Positions 19,137-29,397 of a stretch of DNA of 64,000 bases are shown here, one piece after another. Origin of the DNA: an uncultured cyanobacterium (lineage in GTDB: Bacteria; Cyanobacteriota; Cyanobacteriia; Cyanobacteriales; Geitlerinemataceae); the NCBI GenBank assembly GCA_963838375.1, contig CAWIQY010000021.1, positions 308,955 to 372,954 of the forward strand. The letters run 5' to 3'. Made by a program: the position numbers and the translations under genes. Under the pieces are notes generated by a model. The model was not told the origin of the DNA and ran no database searches. It saw nothing but the letters and a program-made list of their open reading frames with translations. Every line of letters begins with the position of its first letter. Within the stretch, counting starts at the first letter, position 1.

Positions 19137-19742
19137 ATGAAGAAACAGAAAAAGATATCACGTTTGGTGAACTCTTTGGGTGCCGCAGTTTTTCTTAGTA
19201 GTAGTGTTATTGTGAGTTTACCCTCCATTGCCCAATTCCTGTACCCATCAGGAATTTTCAGCGCATCCTATGATGACTTCAGGGGAAGTCGAGGTTGCGA
19301 CCCCAACATCATGAAGACGATCGCTTGTGCGCTTCAAGGGGCAATAGACGACGGTTTAGACTATCGCTATTTTGCTCGAGCCGTTAAGGCTTCTGGTCTG
19401 ATGAAAGATTTATCAGAACGCAGCAGCGACATCGAATTTACGGTTTTTGTTCCCAAGAATAGCGCGTTATCGCGAAAACAATGGGATAAGTTACTAGAAA
19501 ACGAAGATGAACTCGTTCGGTTTGTCAAATCCCACATTGTTCGCGGACAAATTACCGAGGAACATTTTCAGGAAGGCGAAGTTCGGACGTTGGCAGGGAG
19601 TTCAGTTCGTCTTCAAAGCCAGTCAGCCAATGAAGCACTCCTGACTGGAGAAGATGGTACAGCACGGACGCTGGATGCTTCTAATCCAGGGAATGGGATA
19701 GTCATCAAGATCGATCGAGCTTTGGTCAAACCTAATCTTTAA
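19137..19742 (+). CDS. Secreted fasciclin (FAS1) domain protein
   Basis: 201 aa with a signal-peptide-like N-terminus. FAS1 motifs are present (FTVFVPKNSAL ... VKSHIVRGQIT). Confidence 0.65.
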   Translation: MKKQKKISRLVNSLGAAVFLSSSVIVSLPSIAQFLYPSGIFSASYDDFRGSRGCDPNIMKTIACALQGAIDDGLDYRYFARAVKASGLMKDLSERSSDIEFTVFVPKNSALSRKQWDKLLENEDELVRFVKSHIVRGQITEEHFQEGEVRTLAGSSVRLQSQSANEALLTGEDGTARTLDASNPGNGIVIKIDRALVKPNL

Positions 19743-19975
19743 GTCATTGTGAAGATCTCCTAAATGGCTTGAGACTAGCTTGGAAGTGAATTCTGAGCTA
19801 GTCGCTATCTCATTCATTCGGCATCGTAGAGTTGTCTAGCTCCGAATTAGAATTGAGCGGCGTTTCTGACTGAGTAGATGTTCGCTCCTCGGGACTCGGA
19901 CTAGGATTAATTTTTTCCATTTCTAATTTTTCTTGTAGCTTGCTGCGAGCATCGATCGCTGGCTGAAATGCAGGG

Positions 19976-21298
19976 CTAAGTTTGATCGCTCGATCGTGAA
20001 GCTTCCAAAGCCTCATTCTCCAGCTTCAGTTTTTCCAAAAGTATTCCTTTTTGCCACCAGGCGGTAGGATCGGATTCATTGAGTCTTATCCCACCTTCAA
20101 TAGACGTGAGAGCATCTTCATTCCGTCCCATTTTTGCCAGAACTGCACCTCGCAGTACCCAAGATTTTGCATCTTGATTATCGATTTGTACTGCTCGCTC
20201 GGAATCGTTAAGAGCCTCTTGCAATTTACCAAAATCCATATAAGCTTGACCTCGATCTTGCAATGCTCGGACAAAGTTAGGGTTGATCTCTAGCGCTTGA
20301 GTGAAGGCTTCTACTGCCGCTTTGAGATCCTGCGATTTATCTTTGCTACGACGACCGATCAGGAAAGAGCCTTTATTCACCAATACTTCGGGAAGTTTCC
20401 ATTCCGGGGTATTTTCGATCGCCTTATCAATTTCTACTAGTGCTTCGTCATATTTTCCTACAAAAAATAACAGATTAGCACGATTGATTTGAGCAGGAAA
20501 GTAAGTCGGATATTTGTCTGTAATATCATTCCATATTTCTAAAGCGTCTTCATTCTTTTTTAATTTACCTAAAGCTTCGGCTTTTTGGCTTAATATCTCT
20601 AGATTATTCGGTTGGTTATCGAGCAATCGATCGCATTTATCGATAACCGTCTCATAAGCATTTTGCGCTTTTCTTTTTTCTCCTAATTTATCCGAAACTA
20701 AGCCTTTATAGTACCAAGGTTTAGGATCGTTGAAATCGATCGCTTGCGCTTCTTCAAAGGCATTCCGTGCTTCATCCAGGTTATTCAATCCAAATAGTGC
20801 TTTGCCTTTCCCATTCCAGGCACGGATTCGATCTTTTTCGTCTGGATTGAGGTCGATCGCTTTTTCATAAGAATCTACAGCCTCTTCTTCTCTACCAAGT
20901 TTATCAAGGACATCACCCAATTCAATCCAAAAAGCTTGTCGATTACCATCTAAATCAGTTGCTTTTTTATAGGCTGTACGGGCTTCTTCTATGCGACCTA
21001 ATGCATAGAAAGCATCTCCATAACTATTCCACTCAATTGCCGATTCTGGATCTGTTTGGGTGGCTTTCTTGTAAAATTCATCTCCCTCTTTAAAAGAATA
21101 AAGTTTATAATAAGCTTTACCTATCCCTGTTAAAACTGTTGAGTTATTGGGGTTGATGTCGTTAGCTGTTTCATAAGATTTCAGAGCCTCTGCAAATTTT
21201 TCGTCATCATACAAAGTATCTCCTCTATCGGTAAAAGCTGTTACAAATTCTGATTTTAACTGAGAATTTTCTAAACATCTTGTGGGAGTTTTATCCAA
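19976..21298 (-). CDS. Tetratricopeptide (TPR) repeat protein
   Basis: 440 aa with about 10 TPR units (W-LG-Y-A-F-P pattern, e.g. AEALKSYETANDINPNN). Its start overlaps the upstream kinase gene by 8 nt. Confidence 0.85.
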   Translation of the reverse strand: MDKTPTRCLENSQLKSEFVTAFTDRGDTLYDDEKFAEALKSYETANDINPNNSTVLTGIGKAYYKLYSFKEGDEFYKKATQTDPESAIEWNSYGDAFYALGRIEEARTAYKKATDLDGNRQAFWIELGDVLDKLGREEEAVDSYEKAIDLNPDEKDRIRAWNGKGKALFGLNNLDEARNAFEEAQAIDFNDPKPWYYKGLVSDKLGEKRKAQNAYETVIDKCDRLLDNQPNNLEILSQKAEALGKLKKNEDALEIWNDITDKYPTYFPAQINRANLLFFVGKYDEALVEIDKAIENTPEWKLPEVLVNKGSFLIGRRSKDKSQDLKAAVEAFTQALEINPNFVRALQDRGQAYMDFGKLQEALNDSERAVQIDNQDAKSWVLRGAVLAKMGRNEDALTSIEGGIRLNESDPTAWWQKGILLEKLKLENEALEASRSSDQT

Positions 21299-22361
21299 TC
21301 GATCTCGGATCGAGAAAAGTTTTACAAGGTTTAAATCGATCCAGAACAGAAAAACGCGGCAATATCAATAAAGAAGCTAGAGTTACGGTAAATATTCCAG
21401 CACCAACAATAAATGATAGAAAATTGTTTTTTGTGAGAGTATTATTTTTATTACTAAGATTAATTAAATATTTTTTTATGTTATTGACTTCTACAGATTT
21501 AGTAGGCTTACATAAAGACGGTTGATATTGTTCTATTTTATCAAGATCGTGAAGAACTTCTTTAGCCGAAACATAGCGTTCGCTATATTGAAGATGTACC
21601 ATTTTATCAATGATGGTCACTAATTTCTTCTTCTGGACTTGTGCGTAATTGTGCCAATGGACTTGTCCATCCGCCGCGATCAGTTCACTGAGATCTTTTC
21701 CTGTCAGCAATTCGATCGCTGTCATTCCCAGTGCATATAGATCGTTGTTCGGGTAATGGTGTCCGTGTCTTTGTTCTTGTGGTGCGTATAGACCAGTGGA
21801 AGCTGTTGTCGGTTTATTTCGAGAATTGTTAGGCAAATTAGCATCTTTGACGATGCCAAAGTCAATTAAAATAATTTTACCATCGCCTTCACGGACAATC
21901 ATATTACTCGGTTTGACATCTCGGTGAATAACTCGATGTCTGTGAACAAAATCGAGAATTTCGAGGGTTTCTCGTAATATTTTTATAACTCGTTCTTCAC
22001 TACAAGGCTCATTTGGTTTAACTTCTTCGCTTAGAGGCTTTCCTGGAATCCATTCATAGACGATATAAAAATCTTCAATTCCTTCTGGATTTTCTTCAAA
22101 TCGATCTAACAACTTAGGAATGTAAGGATATGCCGGTAAACGATTTAAAACATCGGCTTCCCGAAAAAATAATTCCTTTGCTTTATGCCTAGCTTCAGGA
22201 TTTGAGTCTTTGGGCTGAAACCTTTTAACAGCACACAGATTATTAAAGTTTTTATTATTAATATCTCGTGCTGTATAAGTTTCTCCAAAATTTCCACTAT
22301 CGATAAATTCAAGAATTCGATATTGTTCATATAAAAGAGTCTCGCTGGATAAGGTAGTCAT
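21291..22361 (-). CDS. Hanks-type Ser/Thr protein kinase with C-terminal transmembrane helix
   Basis: 356 aa. Kinase motifs are present: VIHRDVKPSNMIV, DFGIVK and APE-like GLYAPQEQ. A C-terminal hydrophobic segment follows (FLSFIVGAGIFTVTLASLLIL). Confidence 0.9.
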   Translation of the reverse strand: MTTLSSETLLYEQYRILEFIDSGNFGETYTARDINNKNFNNLCAVKRFQPKDSNPEARHKAKELFFREADVLNRLPAYPYIPKLLDRFEENPEGIEDFYIVYEWIPGKPLSEEVKPNEPCSEERVIKILRETLEILDFVHRHRVIHRDVKPSNMIVREGDGKIILIDFGIVKDANLPNNSRNKPTTASTGLYAPQEQRHGHHYPNNDLYALGMTAIELLTGKDLSELIAADGQVHWHNYAQVQKKKLVTIIDKMVHLQYSERYVSAKEVLHDLDKIEQYQPSLCKPTKSVEVNNIKKYLINLSNKNNTLTKNNFLSFIVGAGIFTVTLASLLILPRFSVLDRFKPCKTFLDPRSIG

Positions 22362-22365
22362 AAAC

Positions 22366-23695
22366 TCAAAGAACGTACTTGTTCACAAATTTTTTCACTA
22401 CAGGAGGTATTGAAAATAAGGTTGTATTTCCTTCTGGGACTTTTTCCAGGAGTGATCGCCAACTCAGTTGATGCAAGGCTTGTATGAGTTCCGAGTTCGA
22501 CTCGATCTGAAGTTCATCGCGCAAGTGTTCTAGCGAAGCCGTCTTGCTATTGATTGCCAAACTGCACAGAATGCGCTTTTCCAATTCCGAAAGACGATCG
22601 AATTGTTGATAGAGAATTTTTTGAAACTCAGGACCTAAAACGGTCGTCCCCAGATCGATAAACTGGGAAACACTCCCATTACAAACCTCCTGAATATGAG
22701 CGCACACCATTCGCAATCCTAAAGGATTGCCATTATAGTGGTTAATTAGTGCCGACCACTTTTTCTCGTCCGTGAGTTCAAATTCCTCCAAGATCGATCG
22801 TGCATCGTCTCCCAAACTTTCGAGACGGATTCGATCGCACGGGTTTATTCTTCCCTTCCCGCCACATCAAAGCTTGTGGTTTTTCGCGACTATTCAGCAA
22901 TAGGCAACTTTGATGGCGTTCGTCTGCGATCCGTTTCAGCAATTCCCCATAGCCTTCGTATCCTACTTGGGAATCTCCGGTGGGATCTCCCTCTTGCAGA
23001 ACTGCCTCAAACCCATCCAAAACCAGCAAACAACGGCGCTGCCGCAACAATTCCATCAGTTGAGACAGACGATCCCTTTCCGACTCGGGTAAGTCCATTT
23101 CCGGTTGCTGGGAAACAAAGCGGATGAGGTCGGCAAGTAAATCGGCAAGCGGTGGTGCATCTCGCAGCGATCGCCAGATAAAACACTCAAATTGACTGTT
23201 TACCTGTTCGACCACTTTCACCGATAGCGCCGTTTTCCCGATTCCTCCCATTCCCACAATCGCTATCAGTCGGCAACAGTCTTGCAGCATCCACTGTTCC
23301 AAGGTTTCCAGTTCCTTTATCCGACCGTAGAATGGTTCGGCATCCGGTGCATTTCCCCAGTCTTCGCATTGAGGGGAAGTTGGCTGAGGCGTAGCGGAAA
23401 TGGTCGATGGTTGTGTCTCGGATGTTGCTATCAGTTCCGAATTCACTAACTCGGGCATATGTTCGACTGCTAACCCCATCAAATCAGCACGTCTCGATTT
23501 CCGACTGTCGTCAAACTCCTCTTTCAGTTTAAATTTTATGGTGAGATTTTCAATATGCTTTCTGACCGTCGCTTCCGAGACGTATAAGGACGTAGCCATC
23601 TCTGGATCGGTCTTACGCTGAAGGAATAGGCGAAACACCTGTTTCAGGCGAGGGGAAAGGTTGTTAAAGATATCTCGAAACTGTTGGGAGTCCAT
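22366..23695 (-). CDS. LuxR-type HTH + NB-ARC (STAND) NTPase, with an apparent frameshift near 22780-22815
   Basis: It has an N-terminal GerE/LuxR HTH (ATSLYVSEATVRKHIENL), a P-loop (IAIVGMGGIGKTALS) and a Walker B (LLVLDG). The ORF track splits it into 22778-23695 and 22366-22815 in different frames. Confidence 0.7.
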
Positions 23696-24180
23696 GCTGA
23701 GATGAGTGAGAGTGGAAGGATATAGGCTATAGCTGGTAGGGATTTGAATGATTTCGATGTTGCCTTGTCAGAGAAGTGGATGTGGCAACGAAGTATGAGA
23801 TGCAACGCTGGAGCTGAATTTTTTTAATTTTTTTAATTATTATATACGCTCTATCGCTATAACGGAAGGATTGCTTGACTACCCGATCGGCTACTTATCG
23901 TAACCTTTCGTCATTACGTACGTGATTTAAAGAAAATTTGCAATGAAGAGGATATCCACCGTAAGTATATAAATAAAATTTGTGAGAATGGGCTTAATAA
24001 GCTACATAGTACCTGAATGATTTGAGGTATTTCAATACACAACAGTGAAAAATTGTGAAAGCTCTATTTATAGTTTTAGATTTTTGTTTACACAAAAAGA
24101 AGAACAATAGTGTATGGATAAAAAGACTCAGCTTTCTTAGGATTAGAGTGTGACTAACACTTGATGGAGAGATACAGATC

Positions 24181-24351
24181 GTGAAGAAAGCAGATAAATT
24201 CGTGCCTTTTTTTTTAGCCGGGGTAGCCACAGTTATACTGATTAAAGGGCGTGCTTCCGAACAACCCTATCACGAAGATGCGCGAGTGATTCTTGAAATC
24301 GCGCTTCTTACGAAAGATTGTCTGAAGGAGGATGAAGACGATAAAAAATAG
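24181..24351 (+). CDS. Possible 56-aa small membrane protein with a GTG start; very tentative
   Basis: VKKADKFVPFFLAGVATVILIKGR... has an SD-like GGAGAG upstream and ends 10 nt before a 12-bp-stem hairpin (24361-24396). It contains a T9 homopolymer. Confidence 0.2.
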   Translation: MKKADKFVPFFLAGVATVILIKGRASEQPYHEDARVILEIALLTKDCLKEDEDDKK

Positions 24352-24646
24352 TTATTTTCAGCTATTAGCCCCAAACTCAAGTTCGGGGCTAATAGCTCAA
24401 ATCCACGCTTTGTGGACTCAAATCCGGATTCAGTCATCTTTAGATGAGTTTAGCTATTAGCCTGGGGTTTAAACCCCAGGCGGGTGCGAAGTTCGGTAGT
24501 CGGTTCGGCAATAGTTTCGGCAGACATGGCGATCGTCATCGAACCTTCCTTTCGATAGAGATCCCAAATTCTATCTTCTGGTGGAAGAGAACGCCAGGTG
24601 AAATTCACTACGATGTGAACGTGAAAACAAAAGAGTTCAACATCGT

Positions 24647-25414
24647 ATGTCACAAGAATATAAAGCAGAACGCACAATTTCAGCCGTTTATAAAGAAGAA
24701 GAGCAAGTCGATAAAGCCATTAGACGATTAATCGATCGAGGCATTCCCGAAAGTCATATCTCAGTAATGGGTAGAAACTTCCAGTCCAATACGCGAATTG
24801 CTGGATTTATTACCAAAAAAGATGTGATCCTGGGTGGTTTGCGAAGTGGTGCAATTTTTGGTTCTTTGTTCGGTTCCATTCTCAGCCTGTTGACAGGTGT
24901 GGGCGTTCTCTTTATCCCCTTCGTCGGTTCTGTGGTGGCAGCCGGACCCCTCACCGCCGTGTTGCTCGGGGCGACGAGTGGGGCGCTGGCAGGTAGTGCA
25001 GGTGCCGGGTTAGTTTCAGCGCTAGTCGCTTTGGGAATGCCAGAAGAAAAAGCCACTATCTATCAAACGCGCTTGCAAGCTGGCGAATTTTTGGTGATGG
25101 CAGAAGTCCCCGCCGATCGATCGGGAGAATTCCAACTACTAATGGAAAGTGCCGGTGGCGAAGAATTAGCCGTTAGTGAAACCACATTACCTCGTCCCTG
25201 TCCCGGACGCTGCAACGGTGCTGAAGATCTTTCCCCAGAAGTTCGATCGCATTTGTCTCCAGAGGCACAAAAAACCTTCATCGATCGCTACAACACAGTT
25301 TTTGACGAAACCGAAGACGAAACAAAAGCAGAACATGCCGCATGGGACGCCGTGCATCGCCAGTACGAAGAAGACGAGAATGGTATTTGGTCTAAAGCCA
25401 AGGCAGCCGTCTAA
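24647..25414 (+). CDS. General stress protein 17M-like (Gly-zipper membrane) N-domain fused to a ChaB-like C-domain
   Basis: 255 aa. A central Gly/Ala-rich hydrophobic region ([18 protein letters not shown]...) is followed by a C-terminal segment ([20 protein letters not shown]...[18 protein letters not shown]) resembling the ChaB family. Confidence 0.55.
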   Translation: MSQEYKAERTISAVYKEEEQVDKAIRRLIDRGIPESHISVMGRNFQSNTRIAGFITKKDVILGGLRSGAIFGSLFGSILSLLTGVGVLFIPFVGSVVAAGPLTAVLLGATSGALAGSAGAGLVSALVALGMPEEKATIYQTRLQAGEFLVMAEVPADRSGEFQLLMESAGGEELAVSETTLPRPCPGRCNGAEDLSPEVRSHLSPEAQKTFIDRYNTVFDETEDETKAEHAAWDAVHRQYEEDENGIWSKAKAAV

Positions 25415-25639
25415 TTTACGCTTCATTCGATAATCGGAGGGAACATTTTCAGATCCCTCCGATTATATTGTTTGCCATCAATTTCAGTAGACATTCGACC
25501 TGGCAGAGCGAAAAAATAGGTAGACAAAACAGTATTAGCCAGGTTTGAACTGATATAATTTTCAGATTTCGATCGGTCTGTTGCTTCACATCCAATTCTA
25601 CTTATTGTTCCACAAAAATCAATAACAAAATAGGAGATA

Positions 25640-25897
25640 ATGATTATGGCAGCGTCTTCCCCACTCACAGGAATTGAACTCGTAGACTGTGCGAAAGCCA
25701 ATGTCAAACAGGGCGTAGAAACAGCCGCCACGCAGTGTGGTTACGGCAATGATTTAGAGAGTTTTTCTCAGGCACTCCAACAAGCCTGTGCTGATATGGG
25801 TATTGAGATCGAAGGACTGAGCGATCTGCTCACTCCCTCGCAAAGTCCTGCATTACAAGGGGAGATAGTTGCCCCCGATACACCTTCAGATCTTTGA
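25640..25897 (+). CDS. Hypothetical 85-aa acidic protein
   Basis: The ORF has clean codon usage and I could assign no family. Confidence 0.35.
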   Translation: MIMAASSPLTGIELVDCAKANVKQGVETAATQCGYGNDLESFSQALQQACADMGIEIEGLSDLLTPSQSPALQGEIVAPDTPSDL

Positions 25898-26544
25898 TTC
25901 TAGATGGGTTGAATCTAAGGTTGAATCTAAGTATTCAGCTCATTCACCCGCCTGAGCGCCCAATCTTGTGGTGTCGCCCAGGCGGGTTTAAAATTGTCCG
26001 ATCAAAAAAAGCTCAATCTATGGAGAGCGTACGATCGGCAATCTACCCGATCGTCAATCGCCCAATACGGACGATTCAATTCCATAAAAAAACTCCTCTG
26101 GAGAAAGCAGAAAACCCAGAGGAGACAGCTCAGTGATACACTTGCTATCTTTAGTTTCTCCCGATCGAATTGGAGTTTGTCAAAGGAAGTGTAAAGAAAG
26201 GGGTCGATCGATTTAAAGTTTCTGCCAGAATAACTGGGTTCTTCAGAATGACAGCCCGATTTCTTCCAAAAGCAACCCGTCGAACCTACGGCTAATGCGC
26301 CCTCAACCCGGAAAATCTACCTCAAAACTCAAATCTAAAGCGGAGAAAATGAACCATGCCTCCTGGGTAATGGGAGACAGCGACGCAGCCATCCCGGCTC
26401 CAAAAGCCCACCAATAGCCCGAGGATGATGTATTCTAAGATTAGTAGCTAAAAATACAGCAAATTTGGGAGCGAGCAAAGTTTTGGTTCTACATTAGGTT
26501 ACAAGCGAAAGAATCCCTTGTACACTTTTTTGTGAGATAAGACG

Positions 26545-29346
26545 ATGCCTAAAGATAACTTATCGATCGCAATCGATCTCCAAGCAACTCCATTGGAGTA
26601 TCGCCAAGTAGATCCCCTAGAATATCGATCGGATTTTGAGATGAACCCACCGATACGGGTTTCTCCCGATGGATTTTGGCAAAGTGTGGATGACATTCCC
26701 GCAGCCCGATCGATCGTCCAACCTGCCATCCAACCCAGTCAGTTCCAAGCCTTCACCCTCGATGCCGCCGCGCTTCAAACCTCGTTGGCTAATGCCCCAC
26801 AAGAGTTTACCGCCGCGCGATCCGCATCCGAAGTGATTCCTCTGGAAATCACCTTACCGATGCCCGATGGCACCTTCCCCCGCTTCCAGGTGGAAGAGTC
26901 CCCCATCATGGAACCGGAACTCGCCGCCAAATTCCCCCAAATCCAAACCTACAGCGGTCAGGGCATCGACGACCCCACGGCAAGCGTCCGCTTCGATCTC
27001 ACCCCCGCTGGTTTCCACGCCCAGGTACTCTCCCCCTCCGGAACCTACTACATCGATCCCTACTACCACCTCGACGACAGCCTTTACGTCAGCTACTTCA
27101 AACGGGATTACCTCAACCGTCCTGACTTCACCTTCCACGAAGATCTCCACGAACATTCCCACGAACATTCCCACGAAGAAGGATTGCGTTTGGAATTAGA
27201 ACGGGATGAAACTCTTGTTTCCGGTGATGTCGCATCCATCCTAGATGTTCCCATTTTAGAACCCTCGGTAGAGGGCGAACTCCGCACCTATCAACTTGCT
27301 GTTGCTGCCACCGGAGAATATACCCAATTCCACGGCGGAACGGTGGAATTAGGGCAAGCCGCCATCGTCACAGCCATCAATCGCGTCAGTGGCATCTACG
27401 AAAACGAACTCGCCATTCGCCTGCAACTGGTTGCCAATAACGATGCCCTGGTTTACACCAACCCCGCCACCGATCCTTATACCAACAACAGCGCCTCCGC
27501 CTTGTTGAGTCAAAATCAAGCTAACATCGATGCGGTGATTGGCGATGCCAACTACGACATCGGACACGTCTTCAGTACTGGCGGCGGCGGCTTAGCATCC
27601 TTGGGTGTCGTGGGATTATCTGGAAACAAAGCCCGAGGCGAAACCGGACTGTTCAATCCCATCGGCGACCCCTTCTATATCGATTATGTCGCCCACGAAA
27701 TGGGACATCAATTCTCGGCGCGTCACACCTTCAACGGCTGCGGCAGTGGAAGTTTCGGCAGTGGCTACGAACCGGGTAGCGGTTCGACCATTATGGCTTA
27801 TGCCGGGATTTGCGGTAGTGACAACTTGCAACTCAACAGCGATCCCTACTTCCACTCCGCCAGCTTCGATCGAATTCAAGCGTTCGTCACCACCGGATTT
27901 GCCAACGAAGCCGCGACAATTACCCCCACAGGCAATCTCATCCCCACCGTCAGCGCGGGTTTAGACTACACCATTCCCGCTGCGACACCGTTTCAACTCA
28001 CGGCAACGGGATTGGATGCCGATGGCGACATTCTCACCTACAACTGGGAACAATACGATCGCGGGCCCGCTCAACCTGTATCCGCACCCGACAATGGTTT
28101 TAGTCCGTTATTTCGATCGTTCCTGCCGACCACCGACCCGACGCGCACCTTTCCCCGACTGCCAGATCTGCTCGATAACACCACCACCGTCGGGGAAAAA
28201 CTGCCCACAACCGATCGCACCTTGAACTTCCGCGCCACCGTGCGGGATAACCACAGTGGCGGTGGTGGCGTCAATTCTGACAATATGAGGATTACGGTGG
28301 TGAACACCGGAACGCCTTTTATCGTCACCAGTCACAACAGCGCCGACACACGCACGGGAAATACGATCGAAACCTTAACCTGGGATGTTGCTGGAACCTC
28401 CGACGCACTGATTAATACTGCTACTGTCAATATCCTGCTGTCCACAGATGGGGGTAACACTTTTTCAACCCTTTTGGCTGCTAATACTCCCAATGATGGT
28501 TCCCAACCGATCGTTTTTCCCAACGTAGAGGCAACTAACACTCGGATTAAAATTGAGGCGGTTGATAATATCTTCTTCGATATCACCGATGCTGATTTTG
28601 CGATCGTTGCTGTCCCGGCTGCCACTTTGGACGATGATAGCTTGGTGGGAACCTCTGGGGACGATCAAATTCTTGCCTTAGCTGGACGAGATACCGTCCG
28701 AGGTGGCGAAGGCAACGACCAAATTTTGGGTCAAGGCGGCGATGACCAACTCCACGGCGGTTTGGGAGACGATAGCCTCCATGGCGGTGCCGACAACGAC
28801 GAACTCCACGGCGGACTCGACAACGATACCCTCCACGGAGCGATCGACAATGATACACTCCAGGGAGAAGACGGAAACGATCGTCTTTTGGGAGGTTTAG
28901 GAGATGACCAACTCCACGGCGGACTCGACAACGACAGCCTGTTCGGTCAAGATGGCAACGATACCCTCGACGGCGGTGCTGGAGACGATCGTCTGTACGG
29001 CGGCAACGGCACAGATACCCTCGTCGGCACAAACCCCACAGCAGCCGGAGTCGGCGAATTCGATATTCTCAGGGGACACGCCGACGCAGACCTCTTCATC
29101 CTGGGTGATATCACCCAACCTTACTACGTCGGGGACGGAATTGCCGATTATGCTGGACTTCGGGACTTCACCTTTGCAGAAGATACCATCCAACTCTACG
29201 GCGGCGAAACTTATCAACTTCTCGAATCCAACGGCAACACCCAAATTCGCCTGAACGGAGATTTAATCAATGGAGATTTAATCGGAATTATCAATGGAGT
29301 AACGGGTTTGAATTTGAGCGATTCCAGCGTCTTTAGTTACGTTTGA
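26545..29346 (+). CDS. Large zinc metalloprotease (HEXXHXXGXXH zincin, reprolysin-like) with C-terminal RTX / hemolysin-type Ca-binding repeats; probable type I secretion substrate
   Basis: 933 aa. The active-site motif is VAHEMGHQFSARH. A His-rich stretch (HEDLHEHSHEHSHEE) is present. About 14 tandem GGxGxDxL nonapeptides lie near the C-terminus (GGEGNDQILGQGGDDQLHGGLGDDSLHGG...). There is no N-terminal signal peptide. Confidence 0.8.
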   Translation: MPKDNLSIAIDLQATPLEYRQVDPLEYRSDFEMNPPIRVSPDGFWQSVDDIPAARSIVQPAIQPSQFQAFTLDAAALQTSLANAPQEFTAARSASEVIPLEITLPMPDGTFPRFQVEESPIMEPELAAKFPQIQTYSGQGIDDPTASVRFDLTPAGFHAQVLSPSGTYYIDPYYHLDDSLYVSYFKRDYLNRPDFTFHEDLHEHSHEHSHEEGLRLELERDETLVSGDVASILDVPILEPSVEGELRTYQLAVAATGEYTQFHGGTVELGQAAIVTAINRVSGIYENELAIRLQLVANNDALVYTNPATDPYTNNSASALLSQNQANIDAVIGDANYDIGHVFSTGGGGLASLGVVGLSGNKARGETGLFNPIGDPFYIDYVAHEMGHQFSARHTFNGCGSGSFGSGYEPGSGSTIMAYAGICGSDNLQLNSDPYFHSASFDRIQAFVTTGFANEAATITPTGNLIPTVSAGLDYTIPAATPFQLTATGLDADGDILTYNWEQYDRGPAQPVSAPDNGFSPLFRSFLPTTDPTRTFPRLPDLLDNTTTVGEKLPTTDRTLNFRATVRDNHSGGGGVNSDNMRITVVNTGTPFIVTSHNSADTRTGNTIETLTWDVAGTSDALINTATVNILLSTDGGNTFSTLLAANTPNDGSQPIVFPNVEATNTRIKIEAVDNIFFDITDADFAIVAVPAATLDDDSLVGTSGDDQILALAGRDTVRGGEGNDQILGQGGDDQLHGGLGDDSLHGGADNDELHGGLDNDTLHGAIDNDTLQGEDGNDRLLGGLGDDQLHGGLDNDSLFGQDGNDTLDGGAGDDRLYGGNGTDTLVGTNPTAAGVGEFDILRGHADADLFILGDITQPYYVGDGIADYAGLRDFTFAEDTIQLYGGETYQLLESNGNTQIRLNGDLINGDLIGIINGVTGLNLSDSSVFSYV

Positions 29347-29397
29347 AACTCAGCACTCGTTCAAAATCCGGTTTCTAGTCAAAGCCGGGTTTTGAAT
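29346..29397. terminator. Candidate bidirectional terminator hairpin between convergent genes
   Basis: caaaatccggtttctagtcaaagccgggttttg forms an imperfect stem of about 10 bp (caaaatccgg / ccgggttttg), flanked by T-rich or A-rich runs. Confidence 0.3.

Noticed and set aside
25894-26194. ORFs 25894-26136 and 25994-26194
   Set aside because: They have basic, low-complexity translations, overlap each other and cover the CCCAGGCGGGT repeat region. They are likely non-coding.
28583-29244. Minus-strand ORFs and apparent ~27-bp periodicity; briefly considered as a CRISPR-like array
   Set aside because: The periodicity is the in-frame nonapeptide RTX repeat (GGxGxDxLx) of the + strand metalloprotease. 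The spacers are not unique, the repeats are degenerate at codon third positions, and everything lies inside a single ORF.
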